A stretch of 64,000 bases of DNA from an uncultured Methanosarcinales archaeon (GTDB lineage Archaea > Nanobdellota > Nanobdellia > Woesearchaeales > DSVV01), in NCBI GenBank assembly GCA_964452935.1, contig CAYVNO010000005.1:8558-72557 (forward strand), written 5' to 3'. Shown one piece after another: positions 8,616 to 17,709 of this stretch; within the stretch, counting starts at the first letter, position 1, and every line of letters begins with the position of its first letter. A program made the translations under genes and the position numbers. The notes beneath the pieces are model-generated. The model worked only from the letters and a program-made list of their open reading frames with translations. It was not told the origin of the DNA and searched no databases.

Positions 8616-10058
8616 TTAATTTGTTATTTCTTTTAATTTATCCACAATCCATACCATACTTTCTGTATCTAAACAGCAGTATTTTAATAGGTTTGCTCTT
8701 ATTTCTTCCTTATTATCAAGTTTAGGTTTAATATGACTATAAAAATAAAGCATACTTGCATCTCCACCATTGCTTATTTCTAGTTCAGAATAACCTTTTT
8801 TTCCTGTAATTGCAGGAAGAACTTTTTTAATGGAATATGAACCTTTTTGTGATGGATTGTAATAATAAAATGCTCTAAATGGATCAGCCAAATCAACAAT
8901 ACGATTTATTGCTTGTTCAAGCCAGTCTTTATGTTCTGGGAAATCTTCAGCCAATTTTTTCATAACATTAATCTCAAATGATTTGTTAAATACTATTATG
9001 TCTCCTTTTCCATCTAAATCATTTTTCATTTGTTCAAGTAAAGCAGGTCTAGGATCTCCTTCTTCTGAAAGGAATTCTTTATGTTCTACTTTGCCATCTT
9101 CATGTTGGATGTGTAAACTGTATTGAAAAGGTATCTTTTGATATGGTCTTGAATTGTCAAACAAAGGAACTGCAGTATCCAATGTTTCAAAGTCAAAGTT
9201 ATACAATGGATAATTTAGTGATTTGAGAAAGTGTTTGATATGTTCTTTAGATATCATAACTTTGTTTTCATCAACTGCTTCTTTTATTATTTGGTCTTTA
9301 ACTGTAAGTTTTGTTCCTTCTGGGATGTCTTTTATGGCTTTTATTCCATTTTCCATTAATTTCCAATACACTCTCCAGTTAGTTAGTTGTAATACATTAT
9401 TTTCTGGTAAGGTTGACCAGCATTGTTCTTTTAATGCACATGGATATGGTTTATTACATTTCATTGAAATATGCATATCTGGGGCTGTTTCTTGGTTAAT
9501 TATTCTTAGAAATGTTTTGGCATTGGTTTCTATATTATTAATTAAATCTACCTTTTCAGTAACTTCTTCCATCAAAATTAGTTCTTCAGGCTTGATTTCT
9601 CCTTTTTTCACATATTCTTTGTTTAAGTATATTACAAAACATTTATTTATCTTCAATCCTATTTTTTCACAGACATATTTTTGAAAAGCTAAATCAGGAA
9701 TATGTTGTTCTTTGACTTTTGTAGTGGATTTGATTTCATATAAATCCCAACCATTTTTAGAAGGTTTAATCAAATCTGCTCTAATAAATAGATTATCAAC
9801 CATAAATCCAGCTTCAAATATTGTTTTATTTTGCTCTACTGCTTCTTTAGTCTTTTCAAGATTTTCTTTAAATTCTAAACCATTTAAATCGATAGATTCA
9901 GGAAAGAGTTTCTTAACATATTCTTCAAAATCATGACCTTGTGAGAATTTATGTTCATCAAAAAGAGTAATCTCTGGAAGTTGTTTTCTATCTGCAAACC
10001 ATAATAATCTGAGACATTGCAATCCATTCATGTATTTTGATTTAGTTAGTTGAGTCAT
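8616..10058 (-). CDS. DUF2779-family protein (N-terminal Cas4/RecB-like PD-(D/E)xK nuclease plus DUF2779 domain)
   Basis: SKYMNGLQCLRLLWF N-terminus, RADLIKP...LYEIKST nuclease core, and DFETLDTAVPLF...IPFQYSLHI in the C-terminal half. Confidence 0.75.
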   Translation of the reverse strand: MTQLTKSKYMNGLQCLRLLWFADRKQLPEITLFDEHKFSQGHDFEEYVKKLFPESIDLNGLEFKENLEKTKEAVEQNKTIFEAGFMVDNLFIRADLIKPSKNGWDLYEIKSTTKVKEQHIPDLAFQKYVCEKIGLKINKCFVIYLNKEYVKKGEIKPEELILMEEVTEKVDLINNIETNAKTFLRIINQETAPDMHISMKCNKPYPCALKEQCWSTLPENNVLQLTNWRVYWKLMENGIKAIKDIPEGTKLTVKDQIIKEAVDENKVMISKEHIKHFLKSLNYPLYNFDFETLDTAVPLFDNSRPYQKIPFQYSLHIQHEDGKVEHKEFLSEEGDPRPALLEQMKNDLDGKGDIIVFNKSFEINVMKKLAEDFPEHKDWLEQAINRIVDLADPFRAFYYYNPSQKGSYSIKKVLPAITGKKGYSELEISNGGDASMLYFYSHIKPKLDNKEEIRANLLKYCCLDTESMVWIVDKLKEITN

Positions 10059-10195
10059 TTTAATTAATAATCATTTAAAATAATGTGAGCCCCTATAAAA
10101 AGATTGCCTCTTTGTTTAAAAAATCTTACTATTAGTAATATACTTCAAATATAATAGTAAAATTTATAAATCCTGAATCTTTAGGGATTAAGATA

Positions 10196-10342
10196 ATGCC
10201 AAGAATTAAGCTGGAGGGTTACTTTTGTACAAGGTGCGGTCATAAGTGGGTTCCTAGAGATAATAATGAAAAACCAACAGTTTGCCCTAAATGCAAAAGT
10301 CCGTATTGGGATAAGCCTAGAAAAAATGAAAAAAGTCTTTAG
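10196..10342 (+). CDS. 48-aa zinc-ribbon protein (not in the supplied ORF track)
   Basis: Hand translation gives MPRIKLEGYFCTRCGHKWVPRDNNEKPTVCPKCKSPYWDKPRKNEKSL, with two CxxC pairs. It overlaps the proposed dcm start by 17 nt. Confidence 0.5.
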   Translation: MPRIKLEGYFCTRCGHKWVPRDNNEKPTVCPKCKSPYWDKPRKNEKSL

Positions 10343-11324
10343 AACTATAGACCTATTCGCAGGAGTAGGGGGTGTTAGATTAGGATTTGAAAGAGCTGGT
10401 TTTAAAACTGTTTTTGCCAATGATTTTGACAAGACCTGTAAACAAATTTATAATATTAATTTTAAAGAGCCCAAACTTATTATTGAAGATATCTGGAAGG
10501 TTGAAATATCAAAACTTCCTAAATTTGATATCCTTTTAGGAGGATTTCCCTGCCAAGCATTCAGCATTGCAGGGTATAAAAAAGGCTTCAAAGATGAAAA
10601 GAATGGGGGAAATTTATTTTTTAGAATTGCTGAAATATTAGAGGAGAGAAAGCCTGAGGCAATCCTTCTTGAAAATGTTAAAAACCTAAAAACACATGAT
10701 AAAGGGAAAACTTTCAAAATTATTAAAGCGACATTAAAAAAATTAGGATATCATATTAAAACAGAAGTGTTAAACAGTATGACTCACGGCAATGTGCCTC
10801 AGAATAGAGAACGAATTTTTATTGCAGGATTTCTCGATAAAAATAAAGCAGACTGTTTCAGATTTCCAGAGGAGATTCCCTTAACTATATCGTTTAGAGA
10901 ATTGGTGGCAGAAAGAGCAGATAATAAATATTATTACAATGATAAGCCTCTATACAAAAGAATTAAAGATGACATAAATTCAGAACATACTGTTTACCAA
11001 TGGAGAAGGAAATATGTAAGAGCAAATAAAAAAGGAGTCTGTCCTACACTTACAGCAAATATGGGAAGAGGAGGGCATAATGTCCCAATTATAAAAAATA
11101 GTAAGGGGATAAGAAAGCTGACTCCTAAAGAATGTTTTCTTATTCAAGGATTCCCTAAAAACTTTAAACTTCCCGAAGATCTATCTGACAGTAATTTATA
11201 TCATCAAGCAGGAAATAGTGTGACTGTTCCTGTAATTGAAAGAATCGCTTTTAATATGAGAAATGTTCTGCTTGGAAAAGTCAAACCAAGAAAAGACATT
11301 TTAACATCATACATAGATAATTAA
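10326..11324 (+). CDS. dcm: DNA (cytosine-5)-methyltransferase
   Basis: Motif I DLFAGVGG, motif IV GGFPCQAFS, motif VI ENVKNL, motif VIII QNRERIFI, motif X GNSVTVPV. The start is chosen at MKKVFRTIDLFAG; the track ORF starts at 10266. Confidence 0.92.
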   Translation: MKKVFRTIDLFAGVGGVRLGFERAGFKTVFANDFDKTCKQIYNINFKEPKLIIEDIWKVEISKLPKFDILLGGFPCQAFSIAGYKKGFKDEKNGGNLFFRIAEILEERKPEAILLENVKNLKTHDKGKTFKIIKATLKKLGYHIKTEVLNSMTHGNVPQNRERIFIAGFLDKNKADCFRFPEEIPLTISFRELVAERADNKYYYNDKPLYKRIKDDINSEHTVYQWRRKYVRANKKGVCPTLTANMGRGGHNVPIIKNSKGIRKLTPKECFLIQGFPKNFKLPEDLSDSNLYHQAGNSVTVPVIERIAFNMRNVLLGKVKPRKDILTSYIDN

Positions 11325-12373
11325 ATTTGTTTTCTTATTTTCTCTATATATTGCTTTGGACTCTCAATTATTACATTATTTAGATTCCTTTGTGCGATCC
11401 AGATATTGTTTCTTTTTAAAGAAGGGTTCATTCCCACAGTAATAAACCAGCATTCATACACTTTGCCTTTTTCCAGATCAAAAGTACCAAGCACCTTATT
11501 TTTAATGACAGCATTATTTTTTGCATGAATATACAATCTTTGAGAAGATAATTTCCCATTTTTATAATTTTTCTTTAGATAAACATCAATATCTCCTTTA
11601 TAATCAAAAGAACCAAACTCCTTTGGTTTAGGCAGATTATTACTCATTATTACAGGAAATTTTCCTGATTTAAGAGATAGTTTTTCAAAAGGATTATCAT
11701 CAGATAATATTTTTTTAGTTGTCATACCACTTGCTTCTTTTATTAGTTCTGTTTCATAGAGATATGAACCTTGATTAAACGGAACTCCATGTTTTTGTAG
11801 ATCATTTCCTGTGATAATGTATTGGACTTTAACAATTAAATCTCCGACTTCACAGAATTTTTTTAATAAGTCTAAATCTATTTTTGATTTTAGATAAACA
11901 CCCAATGGATCAATATCACCCTCTTTGTTTTTTGTCAATAAAGTTGCATAAATGAGTATAACTTTTTCAGTTTTGTTGTCTACAAGTCTATCAGAAAGAA
12001 TAGTATTAAATTGTTCTGCAGTCAAACCAATCCATCTGTCAGCCTCAGAAATATTTTTTATTTCGACATATAGATTAGGTTCCCTTAAATTATTATTCTC
12101 AACAATTTTGACAATATCTGGATCGGATATATTGTCTTTGCTTAATTCATGAATATCAAAATCTAAAATGCATTTTTTCTTGGTTTCCTTTTCAATAATC
12201 TTTGCTACTCCAATCTCAATTAATTTTCCTATAACAAAGCTGTCAAATATTCCTCCAAGCCCTCTATATTGACCTGTAGTTCTATTTGCAGCCATCTTAG
12301 TTTTATCTAAATGATATTCAACTGCAAATTTAAAACATTTGTCTAAATCTTCTTCTTTTATTTTGTATTCCAT
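11321..12373 (-). CDS. Probable type II restriction endonuclease partner of the m5C methylase
   Basis: It converges on dcm with a 4-nt overlap and is co-oriented with vsr. It has a PD-(D/E)xK-like core, SDPDIVKI...LYVEIKNI. Specificity is unknown. Confidence 0.55.
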   Translation of the reverse strand: MEYKIKEEDLDKCFKFAVEYHLDKTKMAANRTTGQYRGLGGIFDSFVIGKLIEIGVAKIIEKETKKKCILDFDIHELSKDNISDPDIVKIVENNNLREPNLYVEIKNISEADRWIGLTAEQFNTILSDRLVDNKTEKVILIYATLLTKNKEGDIDPLGVYLKSKIDLDLLKKFCEVGDLIVKVQYIITGNDLQKHGVPFNQGSYLYETELIKEASGMTTKKILSDDNPFEKLSLKSGKFPVIMSNNLPKPKEFGSFDYKGDIDVYLKKNYKNGKLSSQRLYIHAKNNAVIKNKVLGTFDLEKGKVYECWFITVGMNPSLKRNNIWIAQRNLNNVIIESPKQYIEKIRKQI

Positions 12374-12374
12374 C

Positions 12375-12776
12375 TTAATCTGCTTTTTTTACTATTTTAT
12401 TAACAACCTTAACCAAATCTGCTTTTATTTGGTGCTCCCACAATGTTAATATTTTAAAACCTGATTGTTTAAGTATTTTTTTGTTTCTAGCGTCTCTTTT
12501 CACATTCTTTTCTAATTTGGGAAGCCAGTATTCCTTCTTGCTTTTAGGTTCTTTATAGCATTTTGGACACTTATGCCAGAAACAGCCATGCAAAAAAACA
12601 ACAGTATTGGTCTTTGTTAAGAGAAGGTCTGGGTTTCCATGAATAGAAGGATGCATCTTATGTTTGATTTTTCTTCCTTTTAAATAATTATGAATCTTTT
12701 TCTCTTGAGCAGTCCACTTGCTTCTAATTCTAGACATACATTTTGATCTTTGCTCTTTTGTCAAATTATCAGACAT
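12375..12776 (-). CDS. vsr: Very-short-patch repair endonuclease
   Basis: RSKCMSRIRSK, GNPDLLL, FLHGCFWHKC, EYWLPKLEKNVKRD and LTLWEH are collinear with E. coli Vsr. Confidence 0.9.
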   Translation of the reverse strand: MSDNLTKEQRSKCMSRIRSKWTAQEKKIHNYLKGRKIKHKMHPSIHGNPDLLLTKTNTVVFLHGCFWHKCPKCYKEPKSKKEYWLPKLEKNVKRDARNKKILKQSGFKILTLWEHQIKADLVKVVNKIVKKAD

Positions 12777-12817
12777 TTACTATATATAATAATCTTCTAT
12801 TTAAAGTTTTTTCCCCA

Positions 12818-12833
12818 GTATTACCTTCTCCGA
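12818..12833 (+). promoter_or_regulatory. Copy 2 of GTATTACCTTCTCCGA element, upstream of TATA-like CTTTACATAT
   Basis: Exact 16-mer. It lies 39 nt before in-frame GTG 12873 and 48 nt before ATG 12882. Confidence 0.6.
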
Positions 12834-12881
12834 GCTCCTTTCTTTACATATCGCACCCTTAAGGTTGATAGGGTGAATGGG

Positions 12882-13037
12882 ATGCAATGTATGATATGTG
12901 AAAAGGAACTCAAAACCAAAGAAGCAGTAATGTGTAAGACCTGCTTAGATTTCTTTGAATGGAAATACAAGAGCTTTGAGAATTTCCAAACTTCCCGTAA
13001 TAAAGCCCTTAAATCTAATGGAGGTAAAGGAAAATGA
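12882..13037 (+). CDS. Small zinc-finger protein (51 aa), first gene of the pilus-like operon
   Basis: MQCMICEKELKTKEAVMCKTCLDFF has CxxC...CxxC. Its stop overlaps the next start (ATGA). The start could instead be GTG 12873. Confidence 0.5.
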   Translation: MQCMICEKELKTKEAVMCKTCLDFFEWKYKSFENFQTSRNKALKSNGGKGK

Positions 13038-13288
13038 CTGAGGGAACATTGTTTGAGATATTTATTGCTTTGCTCTTTGTTGATTTAATACTAGCTCTTG
13101 CTGTGATCATTAAATTGAAACTCAAGAAACCAAACAAGTTAAAGAAAGCACAGCAGAAGCTCTTGATTTCAGTTTCTGAGCTAAACAATGAGAAAGAAAT
13201 GCTCATCAAAGAGATTGATGAACTAGAAGAGCAGATTGACACAAAAAACCTAGCATTCAAAAAACTGTTTGGGGGTGAAACACAATGA
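13034..13288 (+). CDS. Single-TM protein with coiled-coil tail
   Basis: TM segment FEIFIALLFVDLILALAVII followed by a charged heptad-like tail. ATGA overlaps occur on both sides. Confidence 0.55.
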   Translation: MTEGTLFEIFIALLFVDLILALAVIIKLKLKKPNKLKKAQQKLLISVSELNNEKEMLIKEIDELEEQIDTKNLAFKKLFGGETQ

Positions 13289-13620
13289 AAATACTGCCTT
13301 TGCTGTTTTTGATGCTGTTGACAATAACTCTAGCAACACCACTTGTACTAGCGACAATTGACTTTGATCAAGGTCTTACTCAAGATGAGGAAGACATGAT
13401 TGATGAGATTTTAGCTCCAGTAATGAAAGTCTACAACTTCATAAAATATGCAGCTACTGTTGCTGGAGTATTGATGCTGGTCTTTGCAGGAATAACCTTT
13501 GTCACAGCAGGAGGAGACACAGGACAAAAAGAGAAAGCCAAAAACATGGCTGTGGGTGTAGTCATTGGATTAATCATAATCTGGGTCGCACCTTTAGTAG
13601 TGGAGTTTATCTTCACATGA
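13285..13620 (+). CDS. TrbC/VirB2-like pilin candidate
   Basis: 111 aa. It has a signal peptide (LTITLATPLVLA), then two hydrophobic helices (AATVAGVLMLVFAGITFV and VGVVIGLIIIWVAPLVV) joined by a short GGDTGQKEKAKN loop. This is the VirB2/TrbC architecture. Confidence 0.6.
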   Translation: MKILPLLFLMLLTITLATPLVLATIDFDQGLTQDEEDMIDEILAPVMKVYNFIKYAATVAGVLMLVFAGITFVTAGGDTGQKEKAKNMAVGVVIGLIIIWVAPLVVEFIFT

Positions 13621-15659
13621 AAAAAACAATTTTTATTTTAGTGACAGCAGTTTTACTGCTGTCCAATTTTGTTTATGCTTTTGATTGTAGTTTAACCTAT
13701 GATGAAGACTACTGTAATGAAATCCTAGAATCCGAATTAAATGAAACTGAAAAAGATTTGTTATTCTCTACTTTGCTCTATCAAGATAGTACTTTCCCTG
13801 ATCATGAATTTATTGAAGATTATAATCTTAATTTTTATGTAGACTCTCCTCCAGATAATACAACATACAGTTCAACACAAATAAAGAATGCTTGGCTCTC
13901 TTTCTTAGCAGTATTTCCAGCTGTATATGAAAATAACACCTTGTATGTTTTTGAAGAATTGAAAGCATTAAGTGAATACAACTATGATGTCCAAATACCA
14001 ACAGAAACAAAACCAAATGACTGCAAAACTGAATATACTTTAGTTAATGATCAAGCTCAATTGAATTATTATCTTAATGGCAATTACAAAGAGGATGATA
14101 AACTTGCTTTGTTGTACATTGATCAAGATGGCACTTTAACAGCAGAATTAGAAATAAACACAAATGTTGAGGTTGACCATTATGAATGGTATTACTACTG
14201 CTGTGCTTGGGGTAAAAAAGGACAATGTACTAAATATTGTAAGAAATGTAAATATGCTTACACTGATTATGAATATGATAATTTAATAATTTCTGAGGAC
14301 AAAGAGATAGAACTCTATACAGAAGAACCAACAGCAGATTTAATAGTAGTAAATCAATACCAAAATACAACTAAAGGGATATTTACAGCTGAGAATTATA
14401 GTTTTTTCAGATTAAGCTTTGAAGATTCATACTTAACTAAACAAAACTACTATTATGACTTAGTATTTGAAAAGAAACCTTATCACTTTGCATATCTTAG
14501 AGCTGTTCCTTATGAAGATACAAAAATAAAAAACATTTTTGTAAACAATGATACATTCTTTGTAAAGAATACAAACAACTGTTCATTAACTGCTTACAAT
14601 CACTTTTATAACTTCACCTCTGGTTGTGATCTAATTTTATATCAGGAAAATATAGAAGAATTAAGCATAGAAACAGATGATATTGACTTAAGTATATTAC
14701 TTTATGTTTTAGTATTTTTAGGAGTTATTTACATAATTTATAGGTTATTAAAATCACAATACAAAAAGATAATACTGCCCATATTATTTATTATCTTATT
14801 CATACCTTTTGTATCAGCAGATGATTCAGAAGAATGTGGAATAACTAATTTAGCTTCATGTCTGCCAGAGGCAATATATGAATACTTTTTGTATTTGATT
14901 AACTTGCCTGTTTTACCTTTCCTTGCAGGAATTGAAGCAATGTTAACAGCAGATATTGCAATTGATTTATTTTTTGGAGTATGGAATGTGATAAGATACC
15001 TCTTAAGTTTCTTTTATGTATTCTTATTGATCTATGTAGGATATGTTTTCATTACCTCGAACTCTAACCCAATAAAAAGAGCTCATGCTAAGGATATGTT
15101 AAAGAATATTTTTTTAATGTTAATATTAATACAAGGATCATTTTATATCTATGGCTTGGCTTTGGATATTAATGCGGTATTAACTGATGCAATATTATCA
15201 ATGATTGATCCTACCTTCTTTTTGATTACAGTTGACAATGTAGCTAACGTAGCACTGGAAGGAGTTTATTTATCCACTTATTGTTTTACTTTATTTATTA
15301 CATTACTGATGTTGGTATTTAGATATGTTGTTGTTTGTTTGGGTGTGATAATTTTCCCTATTGGAATATTTTGCTATTTTATCCCTCCCTTGAAAGGTTA
15401 TGGCAAGTTTATCATCAATGTTTTAGCTATTTTTATCTTCATTACATTTTTGGATTTGTTGATTGTGTTATGTTGCTCAATGATAGTTGAGCTTCCTTTA
15501 TTTGAGAATATCAAGATTTTAATAATGATAAATTGCTTTTCAATGATAATTTACTCAATGTGGCTTGCAATAAGATTTGCAATGAGAATGTCCACTAACA
15601 CTTCATTGAAAGACGATTTGAATCAAGCTGTGAAATATATAGCTATGGTTGCTGTTTAA
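13617..15659 (+). CDS. VirB6/TrbL/CedA-like polytopic membrane protein with large secreted N-domain
   Basis: Signal peptide, about 350-aa extracytoplasmic domain with a Cys cluster (YYCCAWGKKGQCTKYCKKCKY), then 8 or more TM helices. It directly follows the pilin-like gene. Confidence 0.5.
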   Translation: MKKTIFILVTAVLLLSNFVYAFDCSLTYDEDYCNEILESELNETEKDLLFSTLLYQDSTFPDHEFIEDYNLNFYVDSPPDNTTYSSTQIKNAWLSFLAVFPAVYENNTLYVFEELKALSEYNYDVQIPTETKPNDCKTEYTLVNDQAQLNYYLNGNYKEDDKLALLYIDQDGTLTAELEINTNVEVDHYEWYYYCCAWGKKGQCTKYCKKCKYAYTDYEYDNLIISEDKEIELYTEEPTADLIVVNQYQNTTKGIFTAENYSFFRLSFEDSYLTKQNYYYDLVFEKKPYHFAYLRAVPYEDTKIKNIFVNNDTFFVKNTNNCSLTAYNHFYNFTSGCDLILYQENIEELSIETDDIDLSILLYVLVFLGVIYIIYRLLKSQYKKIILPILFIILFIPFVSADDSEECGITNLASCLPEAIYEYFLYLINLPVLPFLAGIEAMLTADIAIDLFFGVWNVIRYLLSFFYVFLLIYVGYVFITSNSNPIKRAHAKDMLKNIFLMLILIQGSFYIYGLALDINAVLTDAILSMIDPTFFLITVDNVANVALEGVYLSTYCFTLFITLLMLVFRYVVVCLGVIIFPIGIFCYFIPPLKGYGKFIINVLAIFIFITFLDLLIVLCCSMIVELPLFENIKILIMINCFSMIIYSMWLAIRFAMRMSTNTSLKDDLNQAVKYIAMVAV

Positions 15660-15716
15660 CTTTCTTAAGAATCTTTAGAAACAATATGCCCATAATTTAT
15701 TGTTGATTAAGTTGTA

Positions 15717-16604
15717 TTAAAAATGAGTGGGATATCTTTGTCTCAATCTTTCTCTAGTTACTGCCATATTTTCTCTATATCTTGCATTAGCTTCACTAAT
15801 TTGAGAATCTTGAATACCATTTAGTCTTGCATCACACCTATCAATACCATCACCACCCAAATCAATAACTTCTATGGGTCTTTGAACAGTTAACTCTAAT
15901 GGATTAGCTCTAGAAATGTCAGTAATAACAAATTCAAATACATGGGAAGTTTCATCATAAGAAAATGATGAATATCTCCCTTCTGGTGCATCTGTAATTG
16001 TTAAAGTTGCATCATATCCCTTTCTATGTACAAAACCAACATTTCTAATTCTTTCTAAAGTTTCATCATCAAAAACAGCACTAAATGTCCATTTAGGTCT
16101 ATACTCCCATTCTTGAGTTTTTCTCCATTTCTCATTAAACGCTCTTAACTCATCAATCTGAGTTTGGGTTTCAGAATCTCCAGAACAATTCTGAGGCCAA
16201 GCTTCTAAGATTTCAGGATGTGTAACAGTGATCCTTTTGAAAAGAGCTCCGTAAGTATTAGCTCCATTTAAACTTTGATTCAAAACAGTATTTAAGAAAT
16301 ATCTATCACCTATATCCGCAGAAGTCATTTCATCTTCATTCATTAATTCAGCTGCAAATTCATAAGCTTCTGTGTAAGCTCTGACAAAGGCTGGTAAATC
16401 TTTATCTGATAATGCCTTATCCATAGCCTCATAAGCTAAATCAAATTGTTCATGAATATTAGAAGAAGCTTCTCTACTTTTCAAGAGTTCATCAACAGAC
16501 ATTTTGGTATTGTCTGCACTATCATCATCACCTTTATTACAAGCAACTCCCCCCCCCATTATCAGTAGGGTGGTTAATAATGCTAAATCATGATATCTTC
16601 TCAT
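15717..16604 (-). CDS. Lipobox-bearing secreted protein, paralog A
   Basis: Signal peptide ending GGGVAC. It is Lys-poor and acidic. The C-terminal block DLGGDGIDRCDARLNGIQDSQI is shared with 16660..17580. Confidence 0.7.
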   Translation of the reverse strand: MRRYHDLALLTTLLIMGGGVACNKGDDDSADNTKMSVDELLKSREASSNIHEQFDLAYEAMDKALSDKDLPAFVRAYTEAYEFAAELMNEDEMTSADIGDRYFLNTVLNQSLNGANTYGALFKRITVTHPEILEAWPQNCSGDSETQTQIDELRAFNEKWRKTQEWEYRPKWTFSAVFDDETLERIRNVGFVHRKGYDATLTITDAPEGRYSSFSYDETSHVFEFVITDISRANPLELTVQRPIEVIDLGGDGIDRCDARLNGIQDSQISEANARYRENMAVTRERLRQRYPTHF

Positions 16605-16659
16605 AATCTATTTAGAATTGGCCTTAGCTTATATATTTTATTATTTTGAAGTCTTCTCT

Positions 16660-17580
16660 TTATATTCCTGGAAAGAACCCAGTTCCTTCATATCTCTCAT
16701 GAAGTTTATCCCTAGAAGTATGTAAACAAGAATCATATTGGGAATTAGCAGAGTCAATTTGTGATTCTTGAACTCCATTTAATCTTGCATCACATCTATC
16801 AATACCATCACCACCCAGATCAAGAACATCACATTCTCTAGTTACTGAGGTAGCTATTCCATTATTTTGAGTAGTAAATAAGCTAAATCTAATGAAAGAT
16901 GCATCTTCATACCAATCTATTCTTGTAAAAGTTCCAGGAGTTAAGTATCTTGAACTATCATTCATGGAAGCTCCATGAGGAAGATTTGCATTTCTTGTTA
17001 ACTCTAAAGTTCCATCATCATGTATGGTCATCCACTCCCACATATCAATCTGAATACCTTCATCTCTTCTTTTATTATTAACAAATCCCACCATATCACC
17101 AATCATTGATTTAGCATCAGAATATTCATCACCACAATCACTTGGCCAATCTCTCAACATTTCAGGATTTGCCATAATTTGTGCAAAAATCTGGCCATAA
17201 GTACCTCTACTGGTGTCATAAAAAGTCTCATGCCAAGCAGCATCAGTTACTAAGCCCATTTCTCCAATCTCTTCCATAAATTCACGAGTATCTCTATATG
17301 CGTCGACAAAAGCAGGTAAGTCTTTTTGAGCTAAAGCATCATCCATTTCTTTGTAGTGTTCATTTCTTTTTTCAAAATACTCTTTTTGCATCTCAGCCAA
17401 TTCCTCTATAATTTGAGTTCCCACTACTTCAGTTATTCTAGTATTTCTACTTGAAACAGTTACCCTATCTTCTAATTCTTCAGATAAGGGATCTTTAGGA
17501 TCTTCACAACCAGCTAGAAGACTAATTAAAGGAACTGTTGCTAACATTGTCCAAAGTCGATTATAAGTCATAAATCTCAT
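16660..17580 (-). CDS. Lipobox-bearing secreted protein, paralog B
   Basis: Signal peptide ending LLAGC. It shares KDLPAFV, the WP..C motif and DLGGDGIDRCDARLNGVQESQI with paralog A. Confidence 0.7.
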   Translation of the reverse strand: MRFMTYNRLWTMLATVPLISLLAGCEDPKDPLSEELEDRVTVSSRNTRITEVVGTQIIEELAEMQKEYFEKRNEHYKEMDDALAQKDLPAFVDAYRDTREFMEEIGEMGLVTDAAWHETFYDTSRGTYGQIFAQIMANPEMLRDWPSDCGDEYSDAKSMIGDMVGFVNNKRRDEGIQIDMWEWMTIHDDGTLELTRNANLPHGASMNDSSRYLTPGTFTRIDWYEDASFIRFSLFTTQNNGIATSVTRECDVLDLGGDGIDRCDARLNGVQESQIDSANSQYDSCLHTSRDKLHERYEGTGFFPGI

Positions 17581-17709
17581 GACAGTCTATATTGTTTATA
17601 TATTTTACCAATCTAAATCACCCAATTTATAAACTAATTGCCCTGAAAGTTCACAATCAGTGAATTTAATCTATAAAACCAACTTATTTGGAAATTCATA
17701 AACACAAAA

